Part shown: one piece after another, positions 1 through 12,995 of the stretch | How the letters are laid out: every line of letters begins with the position of its first letter | Numbering within the stretch: position 1 is the stretch's first letter | From: Felis catus | Lineage: Eukaryota | DNA: 64,000 nt | Direction of reading: 5' to 3' | NCBI RefSeq assembly: GCF_018350175.1 | Contig: NC_058368.1 | Span: 21,144,001-21,208,000, forward strand | Position numbers and translations under genes: made by a program | Notes under the pieces: generated by a model | Told to the model about the DNA's origin: nothing | Databases searched by the model: none | What the model saw: the letters and a program-made list of their open reading frames with translations, nothing else

Positions 1-699
1 CCAAGGAAAGGATACGAAACCCTCAGGAAGAAGGTGTGTAATATTTTTGTTGAATCAAATCATGATTTTGTAAGGGGAAAAAAAAGACACACATAAAAGT
101 CCATTTAATGTTTGGCAAAAAGGGAGAAAAAAAAAAGCTTTCTGTGTTTAATGCAGACTCACTTCAAGGGAGCTGTAGGTCAAATTACCAGCCTGTGACA
201 TGTGGAGATTGGCTGAGCGGGCTAACGGTAACTCAAATTCCAATGCTCCTGGCCTGTTCCCGAGCCCATAAACTACACAGAAAATGATCCTGTTTGCTGA
301 ATTATTTTCAATTGCAACAGCTGCTGTAACAACTCAGAAAAATTTAATATGTATATACAGGCCTGGTGAGTAACCACTTCAATATATAAATTTGGGGGGG
401 TACGCAATTTTATATATATGTATTATATATATAAATAAAATATTGATACATAATATATATGAAAATATTGAAATATATATTAGTCCACAATATTAGTCCA
501 CAAAAACTTTCTCCCTATAAAAACCTTCTTTAACCAAACATACCCATAACAAATCATAATACGGAGCTTCACAGACCCTTCCACTAAGGCTCCTGGGAAT
601 CTTAACGGCTATCTCAAAAACAGTCTTCAATAAGCATGAAATTCCTCTGGAGCCACCATTGTGCAAGCTAGTCTACAATATACCCATGTTTCATTTATT

Positions 700-865
700 T
701 TCTCTCATTTTTTATTTAGGTATAACTGACATTAGTTTCAGATGTAGAACGTTTGATATTTGTATATATTGCAAAATGATCACCACAGTAAGTCTAGATG
801 ACTTATGATGCATAGTTAGAACTTTGTTTCTTGTGATGAGACCTTCTAAGATCTACTCTCTTAGA
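700..865 (-). mobile_element. L1 3' end fragment (L1MA9/L1_Carn-like)
   Basis: gcaaaatgatcaccacagtaagtctag...aagatctactctcttag, typical reverse L1 3' UTR. Confidence 0.65.
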
Positions 866-873
866 CTCATGTT

Positions 874-1048
874 TGTTTTTGTTTTTGTTTTTGTTTTGTA
901 AGTTTATTTATTTTAAGAGAGAATGAAAGTACTAGTAGCGAGTGGCGGGGAGAGAACCCCAAGCAGGCTCTACACTGTCAACATGGTGCCCGACGCAAAC
1001 CTGAGCCAAAGTTGGAGGCTTAACCAACTGAGCCACCCAGGCACCCCC
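874..1048 (-). mobile_element. Can-SINE, internally deleted
   Basis: Ends ctgagccacccaggcacccc. TSD tagactcatgttt / tagacttgtgttt. Confidence 0.85.
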
Positions 1049-1049
1049 T

Positions 1050-1365
1050 AGACTTGTGTTTATTCTAATATAAAAGCAACTTCCCTCAAATCTTAAAGTG
1101 AAATTCATGCTTTAGGAAACTGCATTGCGTTCTGCCTTTGGCTTTGCGTTCCCTTTGACAAGGCACACGTCCGCCTGGGCAAGCTTTGAGCCTGGTTGCC
1201 CTCTTAGCAGCAGGAACGTGTGAGGGAGATGAGCTGCTGTCTTCCAGCATCAGAGCCACCCCCACACCCAGGTCGTTGGACACCGTCCTGCACTTGTCCT
1301 GCTCTTGCACTTTGCATTTCTGTTATTGTCGTTTTCACGAGTCTTTCAATGGGAACACGGAATTC
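1050..1365 (-). other. Candidate terminal exon with poly(A) signal
   Basis: Acceptor tttcattttAG at 1366-1367. A 53-codon frame EFRVPIERLV...LTRSCC* ends at stop 1204-1206. Minus-strand AATAAA at 1059-1064. Confidence 0.25.
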
Positions 1366-1594
1366 CTAAAATGAAACTTCTCCACTTGGGGCTCTCTGGT
1401 AATTTAGGAGAGAGATGTGGACCCGTGTCTTCCCTGGTTATACATGAGTTTTTGGGAAAACCAACAACGAAGGGTGGGTGGTCTGACAAGGAGGCCAGAG
1501 AAAGCACCGGATCCCCAAACTTCATCTGATTATCTTGGCCAATATATGCATGCTGTTCCTTTCCCCCAGCCACCACCTAGGCCCAAAGCCTTAC

Positions 1595-1611
1595 CTGACT
1601 TGAAACAGACC
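1595..1611 (-). other. Candidate 17-nt micro-exon
   Basis: Acceptor tcttattttacattgtccttAG, near-consensus donor cag|GTaagg. Confidence 0.3.
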
Positions 1612-1759
1612 CTAAGGACAATGTAAAATAAGACAATGACAATTGAAAATGTTAAATTAAAAATACAGAAAAACATAATATAAATAAAAATATGCAAGTT
1701 ACGAACAAAAATTAAGAGATAATAAAGGTAGATTTTGTTGTTGTTTATGCTTCGTTTCG

Positions 1760-2150
1760 TTTGTATTTTCTAACCTTTATCGTGAAAACGTTCAAATCTA
1801 CAGAAAAGGTGAGGAATAGTTAAAGTCAATACCTATGTGTTTTTTGTTTAGATTCAACAATCGTTGGCATTTGTGAAATTTGCTTTATCCATCTCTCTCA
1901 TGCATGACCTAAGACTAAGGATATTCTCCTCCGTAACCCTCATAACATTATTGCAACTAAGAAATGAACAATTATTCCAGTCCATATTCAAAAACTGTTT
2001 TGGTTTAGAACCAGCATCTAATCAAGGCTCACAAGTGATATATGGTCAATTCTCTTTGGTCTCTTTTATTTAGGATGACACAGTCACATCCCCACCTTTT
2101 TCCCTCCATAATGTTGGCTCTTTCCCGTGTTTGCCTGAATATACCCTCTT
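1760..2150 (-). mobile_element. Ancient L1 (L1ME/L1MC-type) 3' fragment
   Basis: gaaaacgttcaaatctacagaaaag...agattcaacaatcgttggcattt motif. Confidence 0.5.
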
Positions 2151-2518
2151 GCGATTGTTCATTTTTTTTCTCAATCTCCTATGTGAAAGGAAGCATTTTT
2201 AAAAGACGGATTAAAATATACAAATAATATTAAACCTAAGGCACCAAAAAAATTACTAAATGTAATTAGGCAAGTAAAATACAAAAATAAGAGAAAATAC
2301 TGGTGAGTAGAGCTTAAGATAAAAGAATATTTTAGCAACAAAAATTTAAGAATGATAAATTTGAAACTTGAGGTGCAAAACTGGATAACAACCAGAATTA
2401 AAATCTATTTTAATCAAAAGAAAATGTTTGAGTACCCATCCATTTATAACTGAGCAGTAGCAATAGGCCCCCATGTGTTATATACATAGTCATTGCTATG
2501 TGACTGTTTTCTATCATT

Positions 2519-2545
2519 GTCATCATCATCATCATCATCATCATC
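2519..2545 (+). repeat. (CAT)n microsatellite
   Basis: Direct reading. Gives the poly-Met run in ORF 2410..2613. Confidence 0.95.
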
Positions 2546-2654
2546 ACCACATAAAGTAGATATTGATGAGTAAAAGTTATAACAGGAAACCTGAAATAGA
2601 AGCAAGAAAACAAAGGGAAGATAACACTATACTGGGAAAGGATTCTTAAAAAAA

Positions 2655-2707
2655 AAGAAGAAGAAGAAGAAGAAGAAGAAGAAGAAGAAGAAGAAGAAGA
2701 AGAAGAA
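2655..2707 (+). repeat. (GAA)n microsatellite
   Basis: About 17 perfect GAA units. Confidence 0.95.
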
Positions 2708-3156
2708 CTTAAATCATTATAAAAAAAATAGTCTTAATGGAAAAACACACACTAAAAATGTCTTAATTATACAAAAATTTAGATATCATAGGATATCATA
2801 GGGAAAAAGCAACAGAGAGGAGAAAGGACATTCTCAAAAGGGTCACCTGGGCAAAGAACTTGGATCAGCTCTGGAGAGAGAAACATCTTTAATGATGCCA
2901 AGTGAAAATGTCCCCAAGGCAAGAGCACAAAGCTGAAGGCCCTTAAATAAACCCCACATCTCTTAGAGTCAGAGGTCCTAGGTTCAAGGCCAGTTTCCCA
3001 GACTGTCTAGCAATGTTCCCGAACCTAGAAAACAGGTATTTGTCGTGAAATATCTTCATTCTATTTTCTCATCTATAAGACAGTAAGATAAAACTAATTC
3101 TAAGACAATTTTCAATTCCAGAAGCCACTAATATTCTGATTCAAATTGTATTATTC

Positions 3157-3368
3157 ATTTTTTTAATTTTTTTAATGTTTATTCATTTTTGAGAGACAGA
3201 CAGAATGCAAGTTGGGGAGGGGCAGAGAGAGAGACACAGAATTTGAAGCAGGCTCCAGGCTCTGAGCTGTTAGCACAGAGTCTGACGCAGGGCTCAAACC
3301 CACAAACCATGAGATCATGACCTGAGCTGAAGTTGGACGCTTAACCAAATGAGCCACCCAGGCGCCCC
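3157..3368 (-). mobile_element. Can-SINE (SINEC_Fc-type)
   Basis: tRNA-derived head, (CT)n tract and A-tail in reverse orientation. Confidence 0.95.
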
Positions 3369-4357
3369 TCATTTCTTTAATTAAGCCTCCTGGTGTTCCA
3401 TTGGTTGTGTCTCAGTCAGTCAGACTTGGCGAAATAGCTGACATTTTCGGAATTTGTATGCCCTCTTTAAGTTCCAAAGACTGCTTGCCTCTGTTTTTTT
3501 TCACCCACATATGTTTATAACACCAAGCAAAAGAAAAGACCTCCACAATCCCCATTTCCAAATAGAGAAACTAAATTAAAACCCCTAAGTCACTAAGACA
3601 GCTCAACTGGACCCCACACAATTCAAGTTTGTTGCCCAAAATGAGACAAGGCAAGTGCCTTGGAAAAGCTCTTAGGAATGTCAACTATACTTCAATTTAT
3701 GAAGAAAGAAAAGAAGAGTTTACCAGGAAGAGGTAGAAAGGTCTAGGACTTTGAGCCTGTATAGATATATACCACTACTGACAAATGACAGCAGCCATTT
3801 TATAGCAAAGGACACGTCTGTGTGAACATTTTAGAAATGACAGAGATTAGATCACTCCTGAAGGCCTCCCAGGCTGGCACAAACCCTGCACCCACTCACC
3901 CACACTTGCAGACATGCCCATGCTCAGGGCGAGTTCCAGCCCCCAGAGAAGAAAGACATACATCCACGTTTCTGCAGACCCAGAGGCTGCTTACCATACC
4001 CAAATAGGCATTCTGGGAGAAAACAAAACTTGGAGGTCTAAGGCATTCAACTTTTTGAGGTTTTTCCCAGTTATGTCCATGCACAGCAAAAGAAAATCTC
4101 TACACAGAGATTTTGAAATTTCTGTCAAATATAAAATATGGCAACCATTCTCTTCTCTCCTACACTTGGTCATCTTTCTCCAGCAATGCCCACCCACCCC
4201 ACCACACACACACACACATATCAATCTCCCAACACCCCTATGGCTATTCCTTCCTAAAGTGTGGCCTTCAAAAGAGCAGTCACAGAGTACAAGGCTTGGA
4301 CACCAATCCATAAACTTTGCAAGGCTGACCACTTGTTTAAAAACGACAATAACAATC

Positions 4358-4549
4358 TTTTTTTTTTAATTTTTTTAATGTTTATTCATTTTTTGAGAGA
4401 CAGCATGAGCAGGGGAGGGACAGAGAGAGAGAGGGAGACACAGAATCCAAAGGAGGCTCCAGGCTTTGTGGGTCTTAAACTCATGAACCATGAGATCATG
4501 ACCTGAGCCGAAGTCGGACGTTTAACCAACTGAGCCACCCAGGCGCCCC
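4358..4549 (-). mobile_element. Can-SINE
   Basis: TSD taaaaacgacaataacaatctt / taaaaacaacaataacaatctt. Confidence 0.95.
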
Positions 4550-6427
4550 TAAAAACAACAATAACAATCTTAAGTGAATTTGTCCTGGCTTCAAATTTTC
4601 CCGAATGCTTTTGCCCAGATACAATGGTTACCTGATCACAAAACTTCCCAAATGAACAAAGTATTGTTATTGGAATGAACATAGCGGCACAGCTGTAACT
4701 GGCAGCCATACGAAATGAATTGAAATCAAAGAGGCTTTCACAAAAGTTCCCCAGTGGAAGAGCACAGGTTGGAGAAGCATGAGCCAGCTTTGCCAGCTTG
4801 AAATGCTCTGCAGTCCTCTGCTCATCAGAGCTCTAGAATGGCCCCATCTCTTTGTCAGATCACAACTTGTCTGTTGTACTATCCTTATTCTCTATTTTTT
4901 TCTACCTGGGACAGAAAAGCTCCAAGTGCCCTTCCAGCTCTAAAACACTAAATTCCAGATAGAGCCTGATCTCTGTGTTTTTGTTTGTTCATTTACTAAA
5001 CTACACTATGTAGAGCAGTTTACCATTCTTACTAGTTCTCTTAAACTTAAAATTTAAGCAGTCATACTAAGAACCACTGGCTAACAATATTTAACAGAAC
5101 GTCCCAGTTGGATATTTAACAGAATGCCCCAGAGGATTTTGTAACTCATTTCTTTTCAACATGAATAATCTCTGGTTTGCACTGTTCCATCATTGCTATG
5201 AAATCCATAAATGATCTGTTACTCTTCTTAGTTGAAAAATAAAAAATACTTTGATTTGATAACTAAAGTAAGATGGTTGGATTCTTTGAAAATGTTTCTA
5301 AAGGTAAAGTGACTTACTTTGTTGGGCAATAACAAGAAAAGGTCACCAATGATTATAAAAGTAATATAATTATAAAAGTAGCTCATGCAATGGGAGAAAA
5401 ATCCTTATTTTAAACAAAACCAATTGCAGTTACAATTTTTTAAATATTTGCCCACATATTTACCTTCTTGTTCATTGTTTAGTTGTTCACTCCACTTTTC
5501 TCATGTATCTCAGACTTTCCTTTTAGTAAGGGACTGTGGGGAAAGGTTCTATTTACATAAATGGATTAGAAAAAAAGCTTACAGAAAGCCACCACCACAG
5601 AGCAAAAGTGCCCAAGTTTCGCTAGTGAGATATTGTAATGGAATCACAAATAACTTGTTATATCACCTGCAGGAAATTACTTTGCATCTGATGCCAATAT
5701 ACTATTGTACTTTGACCACCAACTCCACTTGCCCCCCAGAGTCTTTGCTTCTTACACACACAAGTTAATGATTACTATCTGATTGTTTTCTTCACGTTCA
5801 CCACGTGGGTAATATCTTGTGAGCTCAATAATTACAGAGATGAAAGCCCTGTTTGGGGCTCTTGTCTCCTCCTGGACATTAGCCTCTCTCATATTCAATT
5901 CTGTGTCCACTCTCTTGCTGGACAAGAGAGAACTCCAGACTCATAGTCTGCAAAAAGGGACTTTTGATAGTGGAAGTCTTTTAGCTTTTGTTTGAAACTG
6001 TCTTTATTTTATCTTCATTTGTGCAAATGGTTTCACTAGGTATAGAAATCTATGGTTGATGGCTACTCTCATTCAGTATATGCCATCTAAAGGAGTGGTC
6101 TGACTTAGTAACAGATGATTCTTTAATTGAGGAAAATACCTTATGGGTTTTGGTGGGCCTTTAGGACAAGAAAAGGGAGGCCTCCAGGCTCAATCTGGTT
6201 GTACTAGGGCAAGTCCAAGAAAGATGAATTGCTCTGTTTAGTAAAGTGAGAACTGTGCATTTCTAAGGGTAGCCTAACAAAGAAAACCTATGCATCCAGA
6301 AATTAGGTAAAAGGGAGACAATAAGAAAGTATAAAGAAAGAAACTCAAAAAAACATAATAGAAAAGGAGTGTGACCCAGCCAGTGAGATTAAGAATGACT
6401 AATAAGTTTCTAGAAATTTCCCATTAG

Positions 6428-7060
6428 TGTAATTTATGTAGTTAAGAATTAACCTTAACCAAAAAGAGGTCTGTCTTTTGCCCCTTGGCTACTTGGAGAT
6501 GATCTCCACACCCCTGAATTGTCTTACATGATGGAATCTCTTTGTTTGCCTGAGGCATTTGGCTACTGACTGTCTAATGATGTGACTTATAATGGAAGCT
6601 TTGGGCCATGTTGTATAAACCCTCATATCCAGAGAAAACGAAGACTAAAGGTGTTAGCCCTAGAGGACTGGACACTAACAGTCAGTCACATAGGCATTGT
6701 GTGATAGAGCATCTAAAAAAAAAAAAATCTGGACACTAAAGACTCTGGTGAGGTTTCCTGGTCGGCAATACTCTGAACACTGTCACACATCTTGGTCTGG
6801 AGGAGGTAATGCCACCCAGGACCCTAAGAGGGAAGGGCAATTGGAAGCTCCACATCTGGACCCCTCCTTGACTCTGCTTGTTAATGTTAACTTGTATCCT
6901 CTCCCTGTAATAAATCACGAGTATACTTCTCAGTGAGTTCTGTGACTCCTTCTAGCAAGTTGTCCAACCTGAGGGTAGTTTTGGGAAGCCCCTGAACTTA
7001 CTGTTGGCGTTAGAATTGAGGGAAGTCTTGTGAGGACAGTTCCCTCAGACCTTGCAGTTC
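6428..7060 (+). mobile_element. ERVL solo LTR, MER21C-like
   Basis: aaaagaggtctgtcttttgcccc...tgtatcctctccctgtaataaa...gtgagttctgtgactccttctagc...cctgagggtagttttggga, recalled MER21 motifs. Confidence 0.75.
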
Positions 7061-7526
7061 AGCCAACTCCACTGTAATTACCCTGCACTACCACCAAAAC
7101 CCTCAGGAAAATCTACTTCATGCAACAGTCTTATATTAACAGTGCTTTGGGGGAATCGAGGGGAGACCCAATATGGGAGAAAGCAGTTTAAACAAAAGAA
7201 CTCTGCCTCAGGAAGTAAGAGAGACTATGGCAGCTAAGTGACAGCAGGTCCCAGATCATAGCATGAGTCCCCAGCCCCAACCCCACAGAAAAACCTTGGA
7301 AATACATTGGGTAAAGCTCTGATCTTTCTGTCATGACTCATCCCTTTTTATTTAGTTAAAGAGCAATCCCCCAGCCCTCCCATCCCACCAATAAGAGTAG
7401 AGGGTCTGAAGGGTTCTGAAGGGTAGATTATGAGGTTGTAATGAAACCAGGCATAATAATATTATATAAGAACCTAAAACCCTTGTTTTTGATGGACCTT
7501 AAATTCTGAAATGAAATACATACAAA

Positions 7527-7728
7527 TATTTTTATATTTAATTTTGAGAGAAAGAGATAAAATGTGAGAGGTGGAGGGGCAGAGAGAGAGGGAGACACCA
7601 AATCCAAAGCAGGCTTCAGGCTCCGAGCTGTCAGCACAGAGCCCTACATGGGGCTGGAACTCATGAACCACAAGATCATGACCTGAGCCTTAGTCAGACC
7701 CTTAACCAACTGAGCCACCCAGGCACCC
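7527..7728 (-). mobile_element. Can-SINE
   Basis: TSD acatacaaatattt. Confidence 0.95.
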
Positions 7729-8699
7729 AACATACAAATATTTCTTAAAACTATGTGCAAAACATGCACCATAGTGGAGACGCAATAGATGTCTTTTGAA
7801 CAAGAGAAGTGAGTGAAAAGGTAAATGTATGAAAAACAGTTTATTCTCAATGGCACAGACTAATTTGGTTAGGGAGAATATAAATAACTAAAATAGGTAA
7901 TTCACAAAATTAATGAGTAACCTCAAACTTCTCAGACTTTTCAGAAGTTCTCATAAGAGAGGCAAACAGGCAGTAAAAATAACTGTTTTTCCAGCTGGCC
8001 TTTGCTTGCTGCACCAAAACTTCCAAGTAACGGTAAAATTCCCCAAATGCCCTTTTGACCACCAAGGGCAAAAGAAAGAGTCTTATAGCCCATAAATGGG
8101 ATTCTCGGGCCCTGCTCCCCTAAACATATAAGACGAAAAGTTATGCAATAAAAAACAGGACTGATGTTTTTATTCCTCTCTAAGCTATTGTCATGCAACA
8201 TTTGTCACAACCATCTTTGACTGTTGACTAGGGCCACAGGTGGTTGGCCCTAGCTAGTATATCAGGAATATAACTGACGTTGTCATTGTCTTTTATACAC
8301 ATTTCAGGAATGAGAGCAACCATGTAATACCAAGCTGCAAGCTGCAGGCATTCCTTACGTTTATGCTCTTAATTTACTTGCCACTAATGGACTCCTTGAA
8401 CCTTATGAGTCTTTCATTTCCCAACAGAAGCAAATCTTGAGAGTTTCTAGTTTAAATTGCCGCTACTACTGCCTTCCCAAGACTGGATGGGGTACAAATA
8501 AAACTGGGTACGCTTTTCTCCTCCACTGCTCAGTAACCAAATCAATAGAGGGAGATCCAGTGGCAGAAAAAGAGAAGATTGTGGTAGATTCTGAGACGAA
8601 GTGGCCAGAGCCAGAGCTGAAAAGTTTAGCACAAGCAATTTGGTTCGAAAAGCAGTGAAACGCTTGGAAAGAGAACCCACAGAAAATAAAGCTTGACTG

Positions 8700-9210
8700 T
8701 CAGAGACTGCTTGATTGTTGTGTAAATTAGTACAGACTTTCGGGAGGGCAATTTGTCCATTAAGAATCAAAATCCTTAAAATTGTGCATACACTTTGATC
8801 CCATAACTCTCCTTCTAGAACTTTATCCTGAGAGATAATCACATATGTGTGCAAACATTTAGTTACAAAGTTATTTATCACAGAAGTGTTTATATGAGCA
8901 AAAAAATAAACAACCAAAATGTTCAACATTGGGGATTAAATAAACTATGTACACAGCAAAATAAGACTTAACCATTAAATATGTTGTGATAAAAAGGAAA
9001 AGATATTTATAATAGTTAAGTAAAAAAATACAAAATGGATATATAGTGTGCTCCCATTTTGTAATTAGAGAGAAAAAAAGATGCTACACAGATCAAAATT
9101 TAACAGCAATTATCCAAGTGGGGAGAACTGTAGTAATTTTTGTTGTCTGCTTTGCGTTTAGTTGGGCTTTTAATTTCTCTATGCATCAGTTTTGCAGGAA
9201 GAAAAAAGTT
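8700..9210 (+). mobile_element. Ancient L1ME-type 3' fragment
   Basis: tgtgcatacactttgatccc...tctagaactttatcctgagagataat...aaacaaccaaaatgttcaacattgggga. Confidence 0.6.
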
Positions 9211-9914
9211 TTTCTAATTTCTAATAGGAAAAAATAGTCTTTACAACAAACCAGAAGTGTTCATTGGACTTTTTAAAGTTGCAAGGTGCTGAGTTGTCAG
9301 GTTATCTCAAATTATGATGGAATAAATTATAAGAATGCAGTGGATAAGGAGGGAGTTTATAATAAGAAGTCACTGGAAATAAGAATAGGAACATCATGAG
9401 GAGCCCAGGAAGTTGCACAGCCCAGCCTGGCAAAAGCAGTTCGAAGGTTTGAGAGCTGATCTAGGAATGGGGTTACCTCTTTGCCCCTCCAGGTCAAGTA
9501 GTCAAAATTAATCTCCTCTTTGGTGACTCACATGCTCTATCTCTGCTTCCATGGCCCTTGACATAGCTCATCAGCCACCTCACCCTCTTCTCTGCTTGTC
9601 TTTCCTGCCTTGTTCTCAAAATGTCTGCCTCCTCATGACCATGATTTAGTCAGAGACCCTCAAGGAGCCGACTGCCTCATGGCAGCTTCTTTACGTGTCA
9701 GCTAATTGACCCTTTCCACATATCTCAGTTCTGTCTAGTCCATGGGCTTGGTCACCTGGGACTTGGGTGCCCACTTCTGCTCCAAACAGCCATGAGGAAG
9801 GGAAAGGTCAAATTATGGCTGCCTGTGATCAGTGGCTTCTTAGTTGACCAGTTTTCCTTGTAAGAAAACTATGAATGTCAAGGCATCACAACTGACCTAC
9901 CAGCATGGGCCAGA

Positions 9915-10215
9915 GCCAATATTTCAAACACCGTATTGCCTGCAACTTTGGTGTCCATGAAATACTGTTTTGGCAAAAGGAAATTTTTCATGTTCAAATA
10001 GTCTCAGGAGTTCCTACAAACTCAGTCCCCTCTTATAGTCATAATACAAATTAGTATATTAAAAGCTATTGAGGGTTTCTATAGGAAAGATACCTGCTTC
10101 ATTTTGTTCAAAGCAAAGTTTCCCAAAGTTATTTGAGCATAGCATCCTTTTTCTTTTTTCTGAAACACCTACCTAATACCAATTAACCATGGGACCCAGT
10201 TTAAGAGTTACTGCT
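9915..10215. mobile_element. hAT-Charlie-family non-autonomous element remnant
   Basis: cccctctt...attagtatattaaaagct...tttcccaaagttatttgagcat, resembling recalled Charlie4-like MITEs. Confidence 0.45.
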
Positions 10216-10343
10216 ATAGATCATGCAATCTTTCAGAAGGAAAGAACAATTAACAATGATGTTTGTTCCATTTTTCTATGCCTTTATTATCATCATAAAT
10301 TATTTGGTTAATCAAAATCTTCCATGTTCAGCAGAAGAATTAC

Positions 10344-10375
10344 CTTGAAAACATTTGACAAGCCTAGATTCATTC
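10344..10375 (-). other. Candidate micro-exon (32 or 35 nt, tandem NAGNAG acceptor)
   Basis: Acceptor T-tract followed by TAGTAG, donor aag|GTaatt. Confidence 0.25.
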
Positions 10376-10715
10376 CTACTAAAAAAATCAGGAGTTATTA
10401 AACATATTAGTGAAATAAAAGCAGCTTTCAATTACTAAGGTCCTCTCAGGGATATAGAACTTCTTAATTAAACAAATAAATAATTGGCCTGGGAAATGAA
10501 CTTGTAAACAGAATGTAGTTTATGAGTTTGTTGGGTTTTCGGCCACTGTAGATAGTCCATAACATTAAAATCTAGAATGATCCGAGAGAATGGCTGAAAG
10601 GTCTGCAGTCAGAAAGAGATTTAGAGAAATGGGGCCCAGGAAATGGAGTTACAAGCAGCAGCTTATTTAAATAGGTGCGATTCTGAAGTGGTTAGCAGCT
10701 GGCTGGCTGCTGTAT

Positions 10716-10717
<2 letters not shown>

Positions 10718-10763
<46 letters not shown>
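10718..10763 (+). repeat. (TG)n microsatellite
   Basis: Direct reading. Confidence 0.95.
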
Positions 10764-10764
<1 letters not shown>

Positions 10765-11369
10765 CAGTTCACCATGACTTTGGCCTGGATTCTGTGCTGA
10801 TCCAACTCAGATCCCTCTGACTCAGTCCAGACTGCCAGGGCTGGAATCCCAGGTCACCAGAATCAGAAGTGGTTAAAACACTCAGGTCTTGCTGTGAAAG
10901 AAGGGCATGGAACTACAAGACAAGTAAAATGCTTGCTGCCTATTTTGCTATTTTTGTTTTTGTTTTGCTTTTTATCTTTTTTAAGCAAAGCCCTCCTGCC
11001 CATACATAAGTAGATGAAGCTTTAAAAGCCTGTTCAGTAACCAAACCAGGTCAAAGATGACCATTCACAGTACTTTTTTTTTATATGCAGGGATTTTAAG
11101 GTGGAAGCCCTCACGGAGAGAGGGAAGGAGGAAGGAGGGAAAGAAAAGAAATAGAATAGAAACGGAGCCAAAATATGTATCAACCCAAAGAATCCCAATA
11201 GTGATAATAATTTTTAATTAAAGTATCTGATTATTTTTTATCTACAAAACATGTCTTATGTCTCAACCTAATAATAATAGCTGTTATCACACATTTATTA
11301 TATGCCAGCACTATACACAGTTTATCCATTGTAGCATTTTATTCTTATTATACCTCTTCGGGACAGATA

Positions 11370-11698
11370 CAGATACACAGTCCCTCATTTATAATTCCTA
11401 AATCCCAAAGCTCTGAAAACTCAAAGTTTTTTAATAAGTCTATAGCAAACTCACTTGGCAGCAAAACCTGACTTGACCTGATATGAAGCTACTTGTATTA
11501 TTTATTTAACCCATTTAGTGTACATTTCGCTACAGATATTAAATATGTGTCATTAGAGGATAATGTCCCAAACCCCTCTTAAGGTTCTATACAATAAATG
11601 ATACATGAGCTTTATTACTTTTCTAAAATACTAAAAATCCCAAATTGTGAAACTCATTTGGCTCCAAGAGTTTCACAGAAGGGATTGTTTCTCCCTGT
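11370..11698 (-). mobile_element. MER46C (Tigger-derived MITE) inserted in a MIR (about 11270-11720)
   Basis: aaagctctgaaaact...caaactcacttggcagcaaaacctgac...agaagggattg. MIR core ttttacagattaggaaacagg resumes after it. Confidence 0.7.
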
Positions 11699-12829
11699 TT
11701 TACAGATTAGGAAACAGGTCTTCGCTGATAATATTATCCTGGTATTTTAGTTTGGGTCCTTGAGACTTTACTTTTTAATTAATGTTTTAAATTTTTTTGT
11801 CTACACTATTTCAGTTCACATATCATGTATCACTGACACGATTTTAGCAAATTCTCCTAGAGAAACATTTTAAAAGACATCTTTTTTCCCCAAAATGGAA
11901 AACGCTGACATCCTCAGAAAATTTCCTTGAACCCAACTGAACTCATTTTTAATTCCCCACCCTTCATTTTCAGATTACTCAGTGTATTTAATGCTACCCT
12001 TCCTCAATTCCACCCAAAGCCCGCACGGCGATGTTAAGGGTATTGGTTAAGATCCCGTCGAGGAGTCTGCATGGGCCTGAGGCACTGCTAAGCATTCTGA
12101 CATCTGTGGTTAGAGTGTCTACGTGAAGATTACCCATACTAGGCTCCAGTGTTTCAATCACAACCCCAGAATGAGCGCCTGGTCACTCTGTGGTCTAAAC
12201 TCTGAGAGAGGAGAGCATTTCATACTACACTGTATTTCGTAAACAATGATTTGATACATTGAAGAAACCATAAATATTATTTATCTTACCATAGGCCTCA
12301 GAATGTCCAAACACCACAGCCAATTAGGGTTCAATAATAGATTCAATAAGCTGAAGCCTGTTTTTCTGGTTTATCGTAACAAGTAAAGCAATGGTCATTA
12401 CTTTCTAATTTGTAAGCGTTCTGTTCGACAGCTCTGAGTGGGACGTGTGTAGCATTGCTCGTCCAATAGGAGGCCTCGCCACCTTCTAAAGTCAGCACTA
12501 AGCTACATCTGTTGCCATTTGTGGTACTTTTTCCATTTGTTGAAGCACATTATTTGTTAAAACCAAAAGACCATATTCGAATACAGATGGTGCTTTTGCT
12601 AAAATAGAGAAGGCCATTTTTTTCTAACCAGCAAAAAGAAGAATTTGGTAAAAGGAAATTAGTGAGAATTTCTCGTTTGATTAGTCTTTCCCCAGCAGCT
12701 GGCACTTAAAAAGATCTTAGTTCACATGCTACGGATGAAAATAAAGTTGATGCTATGAAGCACTGGTAACACACACTGGAACATCTCGCAGTAGCACAGG
12801 TGAAACCTTTTAATCAAGGCCCCCGAAAC

Positions 12830-12995
12830 CAAGGTTTCTCAATCTCAGTACTGTTGACTTTTTGGGGTAGAAAAGTCCTTGTCATAAGGGTTGTCCTTGT
12901 GCCTTGCAGGATATCAGCAGCATCCCTGGCCTCTACCCACTAGATGCCAGTAGCATCCTCCTCACCAGTCATGACCACCAAAAATGTCTCCAGAG
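12830..12995 (+). mobile_element. MER20 (hAT-Charlie), cut off at its 3' side by an L1
   Basis: agcagcatccctggcctctacccactagatgccagtagca...aaaatgtctccaga. Confidence 0.85.

Noticed and set aside
480..620. C/A-rich stretch resembling a NUMT
   Set aside because: No mitochondrial gene recognisable. More likely a decayed DNA transposon or unique DNA.
5087..5132. 21-bp near-tandem duplication (similar ones at about 2781, 37313 and 62975)
   Set aside because: Two-copy local duplications typical of replication slippage. Not an array.
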